From Andalucia godoyi And28 (taxonomy: Eukaryota; Protista; Jakobida), in contig VRVR01000028.1 of assembly GCA_009859145.1 (NCBI GenBank), forward strand, positions 250,057 through 314,056: a DNA stretch of 64,000 bases. Direction: 5' to 3'. Positions 22,782 through 33,599 of the stretch are shown in pieces. The position numbers were made by a program, and so were the translations under genes. The notes under the pieces are model-generated. The model searched no databases. It was given only the letters and a program-made list of their open reading frames with translations, and was not told where the DNA came from. The first letter of the stretch is position 1. Every line of letters begins with the position of its first letter.

Positions 22782-23315
22782 TTCAATGGAAATCAACTTG
22801 AGGCGAAAGCAAAAGAAGGGGAGGAGGGGAAACAAAAACACGCGCGGGTAAAATGCAAACGTGTCTCGGCTTGGAGTAGCAGTAGTAGAAGAAGAAAAAA
22901 GAAAAGGAGGGGGAAAAGAAGAGAAGGAAAAGAAGAGAAGGACCAAAAGGAAAGAATAGGGCAAAACGTACGCATGAGGGAAAATCTCAAAAGTCCCAAA
23001 AGCTCAAAAGGATTAATGCAAAGGATTTTTTTTTTTTTCTTTGACGGGATCATTCGAGAGCTTTTGGCGGTCCATCCGTTTCTAGCCCAGCGCCCAGTCA
23101 GGCTAGGTTCCCAGCATCACGTCAAAAAAAATCCCCGATCCACTCCCGACGCCACAACACTGTTTATGCCAACGTTTTTGCACCCTTTTCCAACTCTCTG
23201 GTCTGCTTTGGAGCTTTTCTAAAAGATTTTTTTTTTATTTTGAGGTTTTTGGACTGGAAAGGTTTGTTTATTATCAATTCGGCTCGCAGGTGGTTGGGTT
23301 GTTTTTTGTTTATTT

Positions 23316-23350
<35 letters not shown>

Positions 23351-23387
23351 GTAGTTCTTCCTTGTGCGCTTTTGAGATTGCGCAACG

Positions 23388-24374
23388 ATGGACTTCACGG
23401 GGTATGGATCTGGGTCTATTTTCACGCCGCAGGAACTGACGGCTTTGGAGCAGCAGCTGAATTCGCTTTTCAAGGCTGCGAAAGAAGCACGGACCGTGTG
23501 CAAGGACGAGTCTTTCAAGCTGTCAAGTGCGTTTGAAGCAGAGGTAATGAGTCAAAAGCAGACTGCGTCGAAGAATCAGCAGTCGCATGCTTCGACGACG
23601 ACGACGACGACGACAGGAGGCGAGCACAAGGTGAAGATTGGCGATTGTTTGGGTCTGATGCAGGAAATTATTCGGCAAACGGACGACGTGCTTGTCGATG
23701 ACATGAATTTCTTGGATGACCAGATGAAGCTAGTGCGGAAGATTAAGAACTCTAATGATCACTGGGCTCAGCTTGAGCTGAAGACCATCCTCGGAGAAGA
23801 TGTCATCGACACGGAGGCACTGAATGCAGAAATTGCAGAAAAGAGTAATTCGTGCAGGGACAGCTTTTTGGAGCTGATGACGAGGCTAAGAGCTATCTTG
23901 GACGAGGGTAATGTCGACAAGTTGTACAGAGCACTTAAACGAGTGCAGAACGGAGAGCCCGTTGACCAGGATGAACCCGAGCCCGAGCCACTACCCGAGA
24001 CACAACCGCAAGAAGGACCCGAACCACAAACGCAAGCAGAGGCACACCGCGCCACCGAAACAGCCACCGAGCCTGTTTCGCATGGAGCCCCGGAGCCAGC
24101 GCAAGAGAATGCAGAGACTCCAGCTTCGCCAGCTCGAGAAGAACAGCCTCCATCTGGAGTAGTTGTCAGTGATGCGGAGGGAGCTTCGTCTGCTGGAGAC
24201 GTCAAGAATGGTGGATCAGATGCAGTGCAGGAAGAGAGTGGGCAAGTTGTAGACACACAGCGGGATGAGGAGAACCACTCGGCTGCTGCAGAATCAGACC
24301 CGATTCTCAACAGCAGTCCTGGGTCGAGTGCAGTACAAAATGCGGGCGATTCAAACGCAGTTTCTGCACCGTAG
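23388..24374 (+). CDS. Hypothetical protein: helical/coiled-coil N-half, acidic E/P/Q-rich C-half
   Basis: 328-aa ORF with protein-like composition. No family recognised. Confidence 0.75.
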   Translation: MDFTGYGSGSIFTPQELTALEQQLNSLFKAAKEARTVCKDESFKLSSAFEAEVMSQKQTASKNQQSHASTTTTTTTGGEHKVKIGDCLGLMQEIIRQTDDVLVDDMNFLDDQMKLVRKIKNSNDHWAQLELKTILGEDVIDTEALNAEIAEKSNSCRDSFLELMTRLRAILDEGNVDKLYRALKRVQNGEPVDQDEPEPEPLPETQPQEGPEPQTQAEAHRATETATEPVSHGAPEPAQENAETPASPAREEQPPSGVVVSDAEGASSAGDVKNGGSDAVQEESGQVVDTQRDEENHSAAAESDPILNSSPGSSAVQNAGDSNAVSAP

Positions 24375-24376
24375 GA

Positions 24377-24820
24377 TAATAGCACGTCATTGTCATGCAT
24401 ACGGGGGAGTATACATAAACAGACACGGTCGATACTTGGCCGACATTAGCACGTTTGTTTCACAGGAATTCGTGATACAGGGCCTCTTAGGTCCCGCAGA
24501 CCTACTAAGAGACCACGTGTCACTACACCTACCGCCTCTTCCTCTCGTATCTCCAGTTGCATCAATCGCTGCAGCTGAGGACACGAAAGCGCCTGCTGCT
24601 GCTAGGGTCGTCAGAATCAAAAAAGCACCTTCTCAGGAACCACGTGTCACGCTGAGAAAGTGGCTCACAGATTGATCGAGACTGGGAGCGGAGCGCGGAA
24701 CATCTATCTGAAGAACGCCGTGTGGCGTGTTGGGGGTCTATCCCCTTCGCGGCAACGGGATGCAAGACTGAATTTGCATGTCTACTCGTAGATATGCATG
24801 TTCAGGGTATAATGTAGGCG
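24377..24820. repeat. Dispersed repeat family A, copy 2
   Basis: Homologous to 2118-2577; starts immediately after the stop codon of the upstream gene. Confidence 0.85.
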
Positions 24821-25095
24821 TAGCGGTAAATGTGATTCTCTGCCAAATACACGAATGTCCAACACTTTTTAGGGCGGCGGCATGGATTCATGGACTAGTC
24901 CACGGAATGTGCACGGCTCCTGGCAATACGCAGTCGAAAAGCGAAACGCAAAGATGCAGGAACCGAGATTCTTCGTCGTTCCTGCTCAATTAAAATTCAA
25001 ACGAGGGGTGAGGGAGTCTGATTGCCATCCTCCAACCTAGACCTGCGCATCTGTGCCGCGACGATGGAGACAGCCACACAGCAACGGCCGACAGC

Positions 25096-25481
25096 TTTGT
25101 GTATCAAACGTTGAACGTCAAACAATACAACGCCCTTATTGTCGTCAAGTCCAGGATTTCTTTGTTCGTCACTTTTCTTCTTGTTTTAATATTATTTTTG
25201 TTTTGTGTTTTATACATAATCGAATCCCATGGCTTCAAAGAGGGATCTTCCCAACAAACCCACGCCAGCCATGCTTGAAGACACCGAGAACCAAGAAACC
25301 CGTTGATCCCCTCTCGCCGGAGGCCGAGAGCAAGAAGAAGAAGCGATGGCCCTTTGATGCAGAGCAATCTGCACGGAAGAGTTGGTGCTCGTCCCAAATT
25401 AAATTAAAAACATGTGGCTTGGATCTGTCTTTGGTGACAACGTAGCTGATAACCAATAATGATGCATGCTTTGGCGAGCGG
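25096..25481 (+). repeat. Dispersed repeat family B, diverged and internally deleted copy
   Basis: Shares gtc..gtccag(g/a)atttcttt, catggcttcaaaga, cgagaaccaagaaacccg, ggtgctcg, aaaacatgtggcttggatctgtc and the ttggc(g/a)agcg end with 40217-40800 and 56255-56892. Confidence 0.85.
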
Positions 25482-25693
25482 TGTTAACAAATCGTTTCAC
25501 TCCAGTTTTGCAGTGCATTTTCCAGGACTGCGGGGGGGATAGTCACATTAGCAAATAAATATTTTAAAAAACCGTCTCCATTGAATACCAGCCCGGCGTG
25601 CAGCAATCTTTGATGAATTGCAGCATTCTTGTGTTAAAAAATAAAATAAAATCGCGTGCCATAGCAATTAGAGTTATTTTAATTTATAACACG

Positions 25694-28600
25694 CTATTCT
25701 TGTCCGTCAAGGTTGAGAGAACTAGAGTCCATCGTGACGGCAGATGATACACCACCGGTCGGGGCGTACTGCGCACTTATTGCGTCTTGCACAAAGTATG
25801 TCACCATCTTCCCAACGCCTTTGACTGCAATTTCTCCGCGCTCCGCACACACAAACTGGTCATGAACACGTTCGTACGTTTGACGCGAGATCTGTGCCTT
25901 TCCCGGCAAACTGGAGGACTCCATACGCGATGCAATGTTCACATTGTTCGACCAGCAGTCATAGGCAAGCGTCCGAGTTCCGAGAACTCCGGCAACTACA
26001 GAGCCTGTGTGCACTCCAACGCGGATGTTCAGCTCGGTTCCAGTTTCGCGGTTGAATGCGGCAATGCACGCCAGTGCATCGAGCGCAAAAGCACATGCAT
26101 GCTCTGGATGTGCATGATCCTCCGTCAGACCAGCAATCGCAAACAGCGCATCACCGATCGTCTTAATCTTTTGCAGCTTGTGTTTTGCGCACAAGTCGTC
26201 AAATCGCGTGAAAATCTTGTTAAGAATCGAGACCAGCTCAATAGGCTTCTTCGTTTGACTAAAAGGCGTGAAGTTGCAGATGTCCAAAAACACGATGGAC
26301 ACATCCTCAAATTGGTCTGCAATGGTTTCGCCGCGAAGTAAGCGGTCGGCCACGTGCTTCGGCATGATGTTCGTCAAGAGCTGCTCAGAACGCTTTTTCT
26401 CCTTAATCAACAGTTCTTCATGCTTCTTTTCAATAGAAAGATCACGCAGGAATCCAGCAAACATTCTGCGCTCACCAACAGCACCCCACGAGACAGACAA
26501 CCGAACCGGGAATGACGAGCTGTCCTTTCGGTGACCCGTGAGATCAAATACTCTCCCTTGCGCAGCGGAGTTGTCTCTTCGGGTGTTGGAGATCTTCACA
26601 ACTTCTGTGATGTAATCATCAATCTTTTTCCCATCAATGTCTTCGAACATCATCCGAACATCTTTTCCAAGAACATCTTCCGCAGTGTACTGGAACATTT
26701 TCGCTGCAGCCTTGTTCACCACTGACAACACTCCGGAATCGTCAAACTCAACAACACCGTCAACAGACGCTTCCAACATCGATCGAGTTCGCTCCTCGGA
26801 TTCTTTCAGCGCTTGCGAGATCTTCTTTGCATTTACCCTGTCTCCAGACAGAATGTAGTCGCGGATACCGGCGTTGCTGTCGATCACATCGGTAGGCAGC
26901 AGAAGAAGCATTCTGCGAAGGCGCTCGTTTTCTGCATACAGCGCATCAAGAGCGGAGCGAACAACCAAAAGAGTGGACAAGACGAAAATCGGCCAAAACA
27001 CCATGAACAATAGCAAATTGGCAATCCGAACGACTTCCGCAGTAGTGTCATACTTGTTCAGCCAGAGAGACCGCGCTCGCGACATCGTAGTGGGCAACAG
27101 CGTATCTGAAATCTGCACAACGCTCGACGTAAGCCCCGCCTCTCCGTTTCCGATACGATTTGCCAGGGACGCCAACCGCGAGACTAGCCCATCAATCGAG
27201 TCCGTTCCGGTGAAGCACGCGGCATACAAACTACTGTCGTCCGTGTTCTGCAATCCGGGATACGCGACGGGAAAACTATTTTGTCCCGTCGCTAGAATCT
27301 GCCAGTTTTCCACCAACTGAGCTGCATCGGCGATGACGTACGCCTGCATGTCGGAAGCGGTCCACAAGGAGCTCGCTGCAATCAGCTCGCCAGACCAAAA
27401 CCGAATTCGCTGGGAGTAATACATCACAGCACCGAACTGTCGGAGCTCGCCATATTTCTGCTGAGAAGTGGTTGAAATGGAGGTTGAAGAAATAAAGAAG
27501 GAATTTCCCCACAACAAAAACAACAGCACGACACCCGTCATACGAAAGAGCAACTGCGAGTCCACAGAATGCCCATTTCCGTCGCTGATTTCAAGAGACG
27601 CTTCGGCCTTCTCATCAAAATCCGCAGCATGCATCACAGCGGTTTTGTAATAATTGTACAAGCTGGATAACGTACCCTTTGGGACTGTAGAAATCAGACG
27701 CAGCACGGAGGACCGCTCACCGAGCATCAGACGATACGCAGGTGCAAAGACGAACACTGCAAATAGGAAAATCAGCGATGAAGAAACGATCCCTGCAATT
27801 TGCGCGTTCAAATTGTAGGTGTCAACATTCTTCGACCAGACGGATGCATACTTCTTGGAGAGAGAAGAGTCGAACGCCTGAGACACTATTATCATGTCAT
27901 TATACAGCAAGAATGCGGCGTCCGACCCGACAGTTCCAGAGCCAGCCGTGTACGCTCCACGTGCTGCTTCAATCACCTGCCTCGACGAACCTTGTAGAGT
28001 GTTCGTAAAAGATGAATTTGACGAAAACGAACCGGATGTGAACGACATCAAATTATAGCGTTCCGAAAACCATGCGAGAGCCAAGCTGCTTGTATCAACA
28101 GTCTTGGAAGACGTTAAATCAAGCATGCTGGATTCAAAAGTTGAGATTGCAGAGGTCATCGTCGAGAACGAAAAGCGAAAGGCTGCACTCATTCCCAGCG
28201 AAGCTGCAGAAATATCCATCGCCTTCGCCAATGTCGACGACGTGCCCAGCGACGTACTCGCTGACATGAATGCTGTGGAGAACGCATACGAAAAGATGAC
28301 GTAAACAAGCATCGACAGGATCATACCGGATATACACCAGACCACAAGTTGAATAGCAGAGGAGTGTCCTTTCGACAAACTTTTTCTATAGTGCCGCATC
28401 TTGGCGTTTGTAGATTCTGTGGAAACATCCGAGCGGGATGCAACGGAGGCTGCACTGCTGATGTGGCCAACATGCTCCTTCGCAGAGGCCGTATCACGAC
28501 CAACCTTTGAGGAGCTGTCATCATCGTAATTCACCTTTTTCTTCCGAACAACAGGAGCCGGTTCCTCAGGAATGTTCTGTTCTGGCAAGAGCGGGGCGAC

Positions 28601-30538
28601 TGCATTGCGCTTGCGAACTTTTCCAGCCAAGATGCCCGGCCGCGCATTCTGGCTTCCGCTGCCGACACTCAGGTCACATTCGCTCCCAGAAGGCGCAAAT
28701 CCAGGACGAGAACTGTTAAGAGTCGAGGACGTGCCATCGTGTGAATCCACGGTGGAAAACGCGGACTTTCTCACCTTGTATTCCTGCAGTTCGGTGGCGG
28801 TTTCGTGGTATTTGTCGGATGCCTCTCGATCGTTTTCAGCATCACGCAGAAATTCAGCATATGCATGAAGAACTACAGAGGAACGCGGGTATCGCCGAAG
28901 CAGTATCTTGAACAACCGCTCCGCCTCGCGATGGGCCTTGTCCAGCGATACAACGGTGTTCAAAATGCTAGACGGATCCTCTTCTTGAAGCATGGACTTC
29001 CAGAAGGATCGCAAGTGAAGTCGCACAGAAGCGACGTACTTTTGCGCCACAAGAACCGCTCGCTGCACCTCTTGAGCATCTGCAAGGAATGCGCCTCCTG
29101 GTCCAATTGCTCTGCTGACTTCCCGCTGGAATGCCGCAACTCGATACCATTCGTACTTTGTCAGCGTCGATTCAGTGTCGATATTTCGTTCTGCCTTCTT
29201 CAGCAACGCGTCTGCTAGCAACGGATTGTCCTTGTACGCCAGAACATGGAGAGCAAACACGCGAGCGAGATTTGGATCATTCGGAAACTGCAGAGCTACA
29301 TCTTCGAAAATCATGGTGATCGAGTCGAAAGAGAATGCATGGGACTTGTGGATTGGCTTCAAGAAGCTCTGTGTGAACTTTCGAACGAGCACCGAAACCA
29401 GCCACGGATCTTCAATATGTTGCACTCCATAAGTTATACCCAACCCGGAGTTTCCAGAGTCTCTGCTACCCGATCGAGGAGTGTCATTCGTCGGGCTGTT
29501 CACGCTGTCCAGATCGCCGATCGGCAATCCCTCGCCACGCTCAATGTAGTGCTCATGTGGATGGCTCACTTCCGCCTCTGAAGCGGTGATGTGGTGCATC
29601 AAGTTCACAAACAAGACGTAGTTAACGAACCCGCCAACAAGAAACGCTGGAAGAATCGCCACGAGCGCCACGACACCCAAAGTTGCTCCTACCGTATTGT
29701 CGTCATAGATGCGAGCTATCAAACCGCAAACACATATAACCAGGACAGCGCATCCCTTTCCAGCGTAAAATGCGTTCTGGAATGGCCGATAGTACGGAAA
29801 TCTATTGTTGTAGTAGTACAGTAGAGAAACTCCATACAGGATCCCGGCGATGTACTGCAGAGGAAGAGTGCCTTCATATGCACGAAATCCCAAAATGAAT
29901 GTCAGCCCCCAGGTGTCGATCACTTGGCCAACACCTGACATTCGACTCGCAATGCTCGACGCAGACGGAATGAACGGAAACACAAAAAAAGATGTGCACG
30001 TGGCGCAGTACAGCAATATCACAACAAACATCATCGCAATGATGGTAGACGGGCCGTTCGTCGGGTTCCAGCACACGGCATTCGTAATCATGAAATTCGC
30101 GTCTCTGTCAAGGTACGTACACGCGGCGATGTTGAATGTAATGGCAGCAAACTGAACGACGAGAACAGGAGAATAGAGCTCCTGAAGAAAGCGGAGCGAG
30201 TACAGAGACTTCCTGGCCAGCTGACCTCGCTTCAAGGAGAACTGTGCCATGCAAAACAGTCCAATCATCAAAACCTGAAACACCACTGCAAAGCCGTAGA
30301 ACAGGCCCAGGGAGCTGGTGGAAGAGGTCCCATACGTCACATCATAGAGGGGCGCCAGTTTTGCGAACACGCTTTGGAGCGTCGGGCCCCAGTTCGTTCG
30401 AGGATTGAAATGCAAGAGCAGTGTAGACACCGCATGATACAGCTGGAAGAACAGCGAAATAAGGATCGGAGATTGCTTCCTTGAAAGAAAGTGAGCAATG
30501 GAAAAATTGATCTCGTCAGGGGCGACGAACGAATCCAT
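25694..30538 (-). CDS. Multi-TM receptor-type class III adenylyl cyclase with TmcB-like N-terminus/TPR and a PAS domain
   Basis: Many hydrophobic helices; LLRRYPRSSVVLHAYAEFL TPR-like segment; PAS (GHRKDSSSFPVRLSV); cyclase FLDICNFT, KIKTIGD, RVGVHTG, YDCWSNNVNIASRME. The K and D residues indicate ATP specificity. Confidence 0.93.
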   Translation of the reverse strand: MDSFVAPDEINFSIAHFLSRKQSPILISLFFQLYHAVSTLLLHFNPRTNWGPTLQSVFAKLAPLYDVTYGTSSTSSLGLFYGFAVVFQVLMIGLFCMAQFSLKRGQLARKSLYSLRFLQELYSPVLVVQFAAITFNIAACTYLDRDANFMITNAVCWNPTNGPSTIIAMMFVVILLYCATCTSFFVFPFIPSASSIASRMSGVGQVIDTWGLTFILGFRAYEGTLPLQYIAGILYGVSLLYYYNNRFPYYRPFQNAFYAGKGCAVLVICVCGLIARIYDDNTVGATLGVVALVAILPAFLVGGFVNYVLFVNLMHHITASEAEVSHPHEHYIERGEGLPIGDLDSVNSPTNDTPRSGSRDSGNSGLGITYGVQHIEDPWLVSVLVRKFTQSFLKPIHKSHAFSFDSITMIFEDVALQFPNDPNLARVFALHVLAYKDNPLLADALLKKAERNIDTESTLTKYEWYRVAAFQREVSRAIGPGGAFLADAQEVQRAVLVAQKYVASVRLHLRSFWKSMLQEEDPSSILNTVVSLDKAHREAERLFKILLRRYPRSSVVLHAYAEFLRDAENDREASDKYHETATELQEYKVRKSAFSTVDSHDGTSSTLNSSRPGFAPSGSECDLSVGSGSQNARPGILAGKVRKRNAVAPLLPEQNIPEEPAPVVRKKKVNYDDDSSSKVGRDTASAKEHVGHISSAASVASRSDVSTESTNAKMRHYRKSLSKGHSSAIQLVVWCISGMILSMLVYVIFSYAFSTAFMSASTSLGTSSTLAKAMDISAASLGMSAAFRFSFSTMTSAISTFESSMLDLTSSKTVDTSSLALAWFSERYNLMSFTSGSFSSNSSFTNTLQGSSRQVIEAARGAYTAGSGTVGSDAAFLLYNDMIIVSQAFDSSLSKKYASVWSKNVDTYNLNAQIAGIVSSSLIFLFAVFVFAPAYRLMLGERSSVLRLISTVPKGTLSSLYNYYKTAVMHAADFDEKAEASLEISDGNGHSVDSQLLFRMTGVVLLFLLWGNSFFISSTSISTTSQQKYGELRQFGAVMYYSQRIRFWSGELIAASSLWTASDMQAYVIADAAQLVENWQILATGQNSFPVAYPGLQNTDDSSLYAACFTGTDSIDGLVSRLASLANRIGNGEAGLTSSVVQISDTLLPTTMSRARSLWLNKYDTTAEVVRIANLLLFMVFWPIFVLSTLLVVRSALDALYAENERLRRMLLLLPTDVIDSNAGIRDYILSGDRVNAKKISQALKESEERTRSMLEASVDGVVEFDDSGVLSVVNKAAAKMFQYTAEDVLGKDVRMMFEDIDGKKIDDYITEVVKISNTRRDNSAAQGRVFDLTGHRKDSSSFPVRLSVSWGAVGERRMFAGFLRDLSIEKKHEELLIKEKKRSEQLLTNIMPKHVADRLLRGETIADQFEDVSIVFLDICNFTPFSQTKKPIELVSILNKIFTRFDDLCAKHKLQKIKTIGDALFAIAGLTEDHAHPEHACAFALDALACIAAFNRETGTELNIRVGVHTGSVVAGVLGTRTLAYDCWSNNVNIASRMESSSLPGKAQISRQTYERVHDQFVCAERGEIAVKGVGKMVTYFVQDAISAQYAPTGGVSSAVTMDSSSLNLDGQE

Positions 30539-31594
30539 GACTCCTGCAGCAAATTATATATGTAATGTACACAAAATGACAATGATGTTACTGAATGAAT
30601 CTTGGGGAGGAGGCAGGAGAGGAAAGGAAAAAAAAAAGAAAGAAAAAAAGAAAGAGGAGGCCCCCGAGAGCTGCTCGCCACACGAACCCCACCCACAACA
30701 AGAAGAAAAGAAAAACGCTGCCTGAAGGATAGAGCGGCAGCGATGAGGATGAACGGGGAGGGGAAGCGAAAGAGGGGAAAGGGGACAAGAGAAGAAGAAC
30801 AGGCAAAAAATAAACAAGGGAAAGGAAACAAGAAGGAAAGGTTAACAAAAAAAAAAGAAAGGAAAGGAAAATGAAAATGAAACGGTCCTTCTCTTTTCGA
30901 AACCGTGACGATGAAGTGGGCGAGTGCGAGCAGGTTGATCAGAAGGAAGCAAGCCGCCGCATAGTACCATCCATGCAAGCACCCGTTTCATTTTTTCGTT
31001 TCCCACTGGTTTGTGAATTTGCGACCCCAGCTTCTTTCCAGAAGATACTTTCAGATTCCGTCAGCGCCACCTGCGGAGTTTTCGGATGCAGCCAGGTGCT
31101 GGCACGGGATTGTTCGTTGCTTGTGCCGCCCTATGTCGGGTTGCCGCTTTCAGCCGCGTCTCTTCTCCTGCTAACGACATTCCCCCGGACTTCCTTGCTT
31201 GCTTTGAGATTCCGTTTCAACCCGGAAGCAGCACCCGCGGAGTGTATGGATTCCAACGACACTTCTGCTCCGCTCAAAAAACTCGTCAGTCCAGCCCGTG
31301 AGTGTTTAATTACGTTTGCTATGCTGTTGACATCTTCAGAAAGGCGCTCGACCGCTCGATGTGCATATCGGCGCGTCTTTTCCAAACCACTTGCTCTGCC
31401 TGTCAGTGTTTCTCTTTCCTGCCCTCCCGACAAGTCCGTTGATTGCTCCTAGAAACTCCTTTTGGAGTCTATCTGTATTATTTGAGGTTGCGCTTACTGT
31501 TGTGTTCATCGTTATTGTTGCTATTGTTACTATCGTCGTTATTGCTTTTGAAAGCGCTGCCTAGGCAGAACGTGTGAAATCCCCTTGCAAAAGA

Positions 31595-33217
31595 ATGCCG
31601 AGTGAAGAGGAAATCAGGACTTCAATTTCCAATCTGACGACGGCAGTAAATGCTGCGTTTTTGCTGTGCGGCGCATTCAATGTTTTCTTTATGCAAGCAG
31701 GGTTCACGGTTCTCGAGGCCGGTGTCTCGCGACTGCAGAATCTGCGCTCCATCATCTTGCAAAACCTCGCGGAAACGTGCATCACAGCGCTTACCTGGTA
31801 CCTCATTGGGTATTCGCTGGCGTTTGGCGAGCATTCGATTGGCGGATATGTGGCGTATGGGAAAAATACGTTTGCTCTTGGTGATCCAGATAAGTTTGTG
31901 TTTTTCATGTTCATGCTTGTGTTCGCCATGGCGACCATTACCATTCCGAGTGGCGCGCTTGCAGAGCGTGTTCGTCTGTCTGGGTACTGTTTGTGGGTTC
32001 TCTTCAATGCGGCGATTGTCGTTCCACCTGTATTTCACGAAATATGGGATGCAAAGGGCTTCTTCAGGAAGCTTGGCTGCTTGGATTTTGCTGGCGGTAT
32101 TCCGGTGCACACTTTGGGGGGAACGTCTGCGACCATTGGAACCTTCATTATTGGACCACGCATCGGACGATACAGCGTTGACGGTGTTCCGCATCCGATC
32201 GACGGACATTCGATTGCAGACGCATCCGTCGGTTGCTTAATGTTGTGGTTTGGCTGGTTCGCGTTCAATCCGTGTTCCGCTCTGGTCATCGTGGGGCTTG
32301 CGCAGCCAGTGGGGTTCGTGGCGATGAACACCTTGGTGTGCTCCTCGGCAGCAACGATGTTCTCGCTCTTCTATGCGAGGCAGTTTTTCGGGTCCTTTGA
32401 TATCGAGTTCACGCTGAACTCTGCACTGTCGGCGCTGGTGGCGATTACACCGTGCTGTGCATTTGTCGACCCATGGGCCGCTGTGGTCATTGGAGTCATT
32501 TCTGTCTTGGTCTACAGAGTGGCAGACGTTGCGGTGCGGAGTCTCATGATCGATGACCCTGTCGGTGCCACGCAGGTTCATTTTGCGAACGGAATTGTCG
32601 GAACGCTGCTGAACGGCATCTTTGCAAAACCAGAACTCATCCGGAAATTCCTTGGTCCGTCCGATCCCGCTGTCGGAGGCTTCTTGTACACGGGAAGCCT
32701 TCAGCAATTGGGAGTGCAGGCACTCGCCGTCATGGGCTGCACTGCTTGGACGGCCATGTGCACTGTTGTCGTCATTGGCTCTCTTCACTACTACGGTTTT
32801 CTACGATTGAACGACAGGGATGAAATCGCCGGGCTTGACAACGCCGAGCAGGGCGGCGTCCAGGAACACGGCGAATTGGACAGCCTCGACCAGAACGCTC
32901 TTGACGATCTCGACAACGAGTCTTCCAACTCGAGCCAGAATCTGGACAATTTTGACGAGCTGGACGACGTGGAATGCGGGGATTTGGACTCTAGAAACGG
33001 GAGCTCCGTTTCTCGGGCGACGAGGAAGACTGCCCGATCGACGCATCGAAACCGCAAGGCTCATCGAGACGACGCCAGTCAGCTGAGCATGGCATCGCCC
33101 AGATCCCGCGTATCGCGTGCTTCGACCAAGAAGACGTCCAACTCGCGATTGTCATCCGTCAAAAGAGAGCGAAGACGACGGCGGCGAAACGAGTCTTCTG
33201 ACAATGACGATGACTAA
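31595..33217 (+). CDS. AMT: Ammonium transporter (Amt/Mep) 1, intronless, long charged C-terminal tail
   Basis: FFMQAGFTVLEAG, DFAGGIPVH, WFGWFAFN, DDPVGATQVH. Both pore His residues present. Confidence 0.95.
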   Translation: MPSEEEIRTSISNLTTAVNAAFLLCGAFNVFFMQAGFTVLEAGVSRLQNLRSIILQNLAETCITALTWYLIGYSLAFGEHSIGGYVAYGKNTFALGDPDKFVFFMFMLVFAMATITIPSGALAERVRLSGYCLWVLFNAAIVVPPVFHEIWDAKGFFRKLGCLDFAGGIPVHTLGGTSATIGTFIIGPRIGRYSVDGVPHPIDGHSIADASVGCLMLWFGWFAFNPCSALVIVGLAQPVGFVAMNTLVCSSAATMFSLFYARQFFGSFDIEFTLNSALSALVAITPCCAFVDPWAAVVIGVISVLVYRVADVAVRSLMIDDPVGATQVHFANGIVGTLLNGIFAKPELIRKFLGPSDPAVGGFLYTGSLQQLGVQALAVMGCTAWTAMCTVVVIGSLHYYGFLRLNDRDEIAGLDNAEQGGVQEHGELDSLDQNALDDLDNESSNSSQNLDNFDELDDVECGDLDSRNGSSVSRATRKTARSTHRNRKAHRDDASQLSMASPRSRVSRASTKKTSNSRLSSVKRERRRRRRNESSDNDDD

Positions 33218-33599
33218 GAACACCACCCTCTTCTGATTACTCTAATAATGTAAATATATATACGGCATGATGTCATTGAAGCACGTACAACTTTGGTTTC
33301 TTTTCTCTCTCTCTTTCTTTATTTCCTTCTTCTGTAGTGCGGGAAAGCCACCCGCCACCCGCCACCTGAGTTCCGACCACGCAACTTTCCCGTTTGTCGA
33401 GTGGTGTCGAATCCCTCAGAGGCATGTGATTATAATCGAATGTGCGAGAGAGAAACCGAAAAACAAAAACAAAAACAAAACAAAAACAAAAAAACGAAGG
33501 ACGCAGGACGCAGGAGCGAATAACGACGCTAGACCTTTTTTTCAATTTCTTTTGCTTGCTCATTTGGTGGTGAAGTCGATCGCCCTTCGGTGGAAGAAG

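Noticed and set aside
24700-24740. CTGAAGA followed by a stem, resembling a hammerhead core
   Set aside because: The required GAAA after stem II and the stem I/III pairing are absent.
24790-24820. Reverse strand GCCTAC..ATAC.CCTGAAC resembles the 5S rRNA 5' end (SINE3 idea)
   Set aside because: Similarity stops after about 35 nt and there is no internal C-box region. Compatible with chance.
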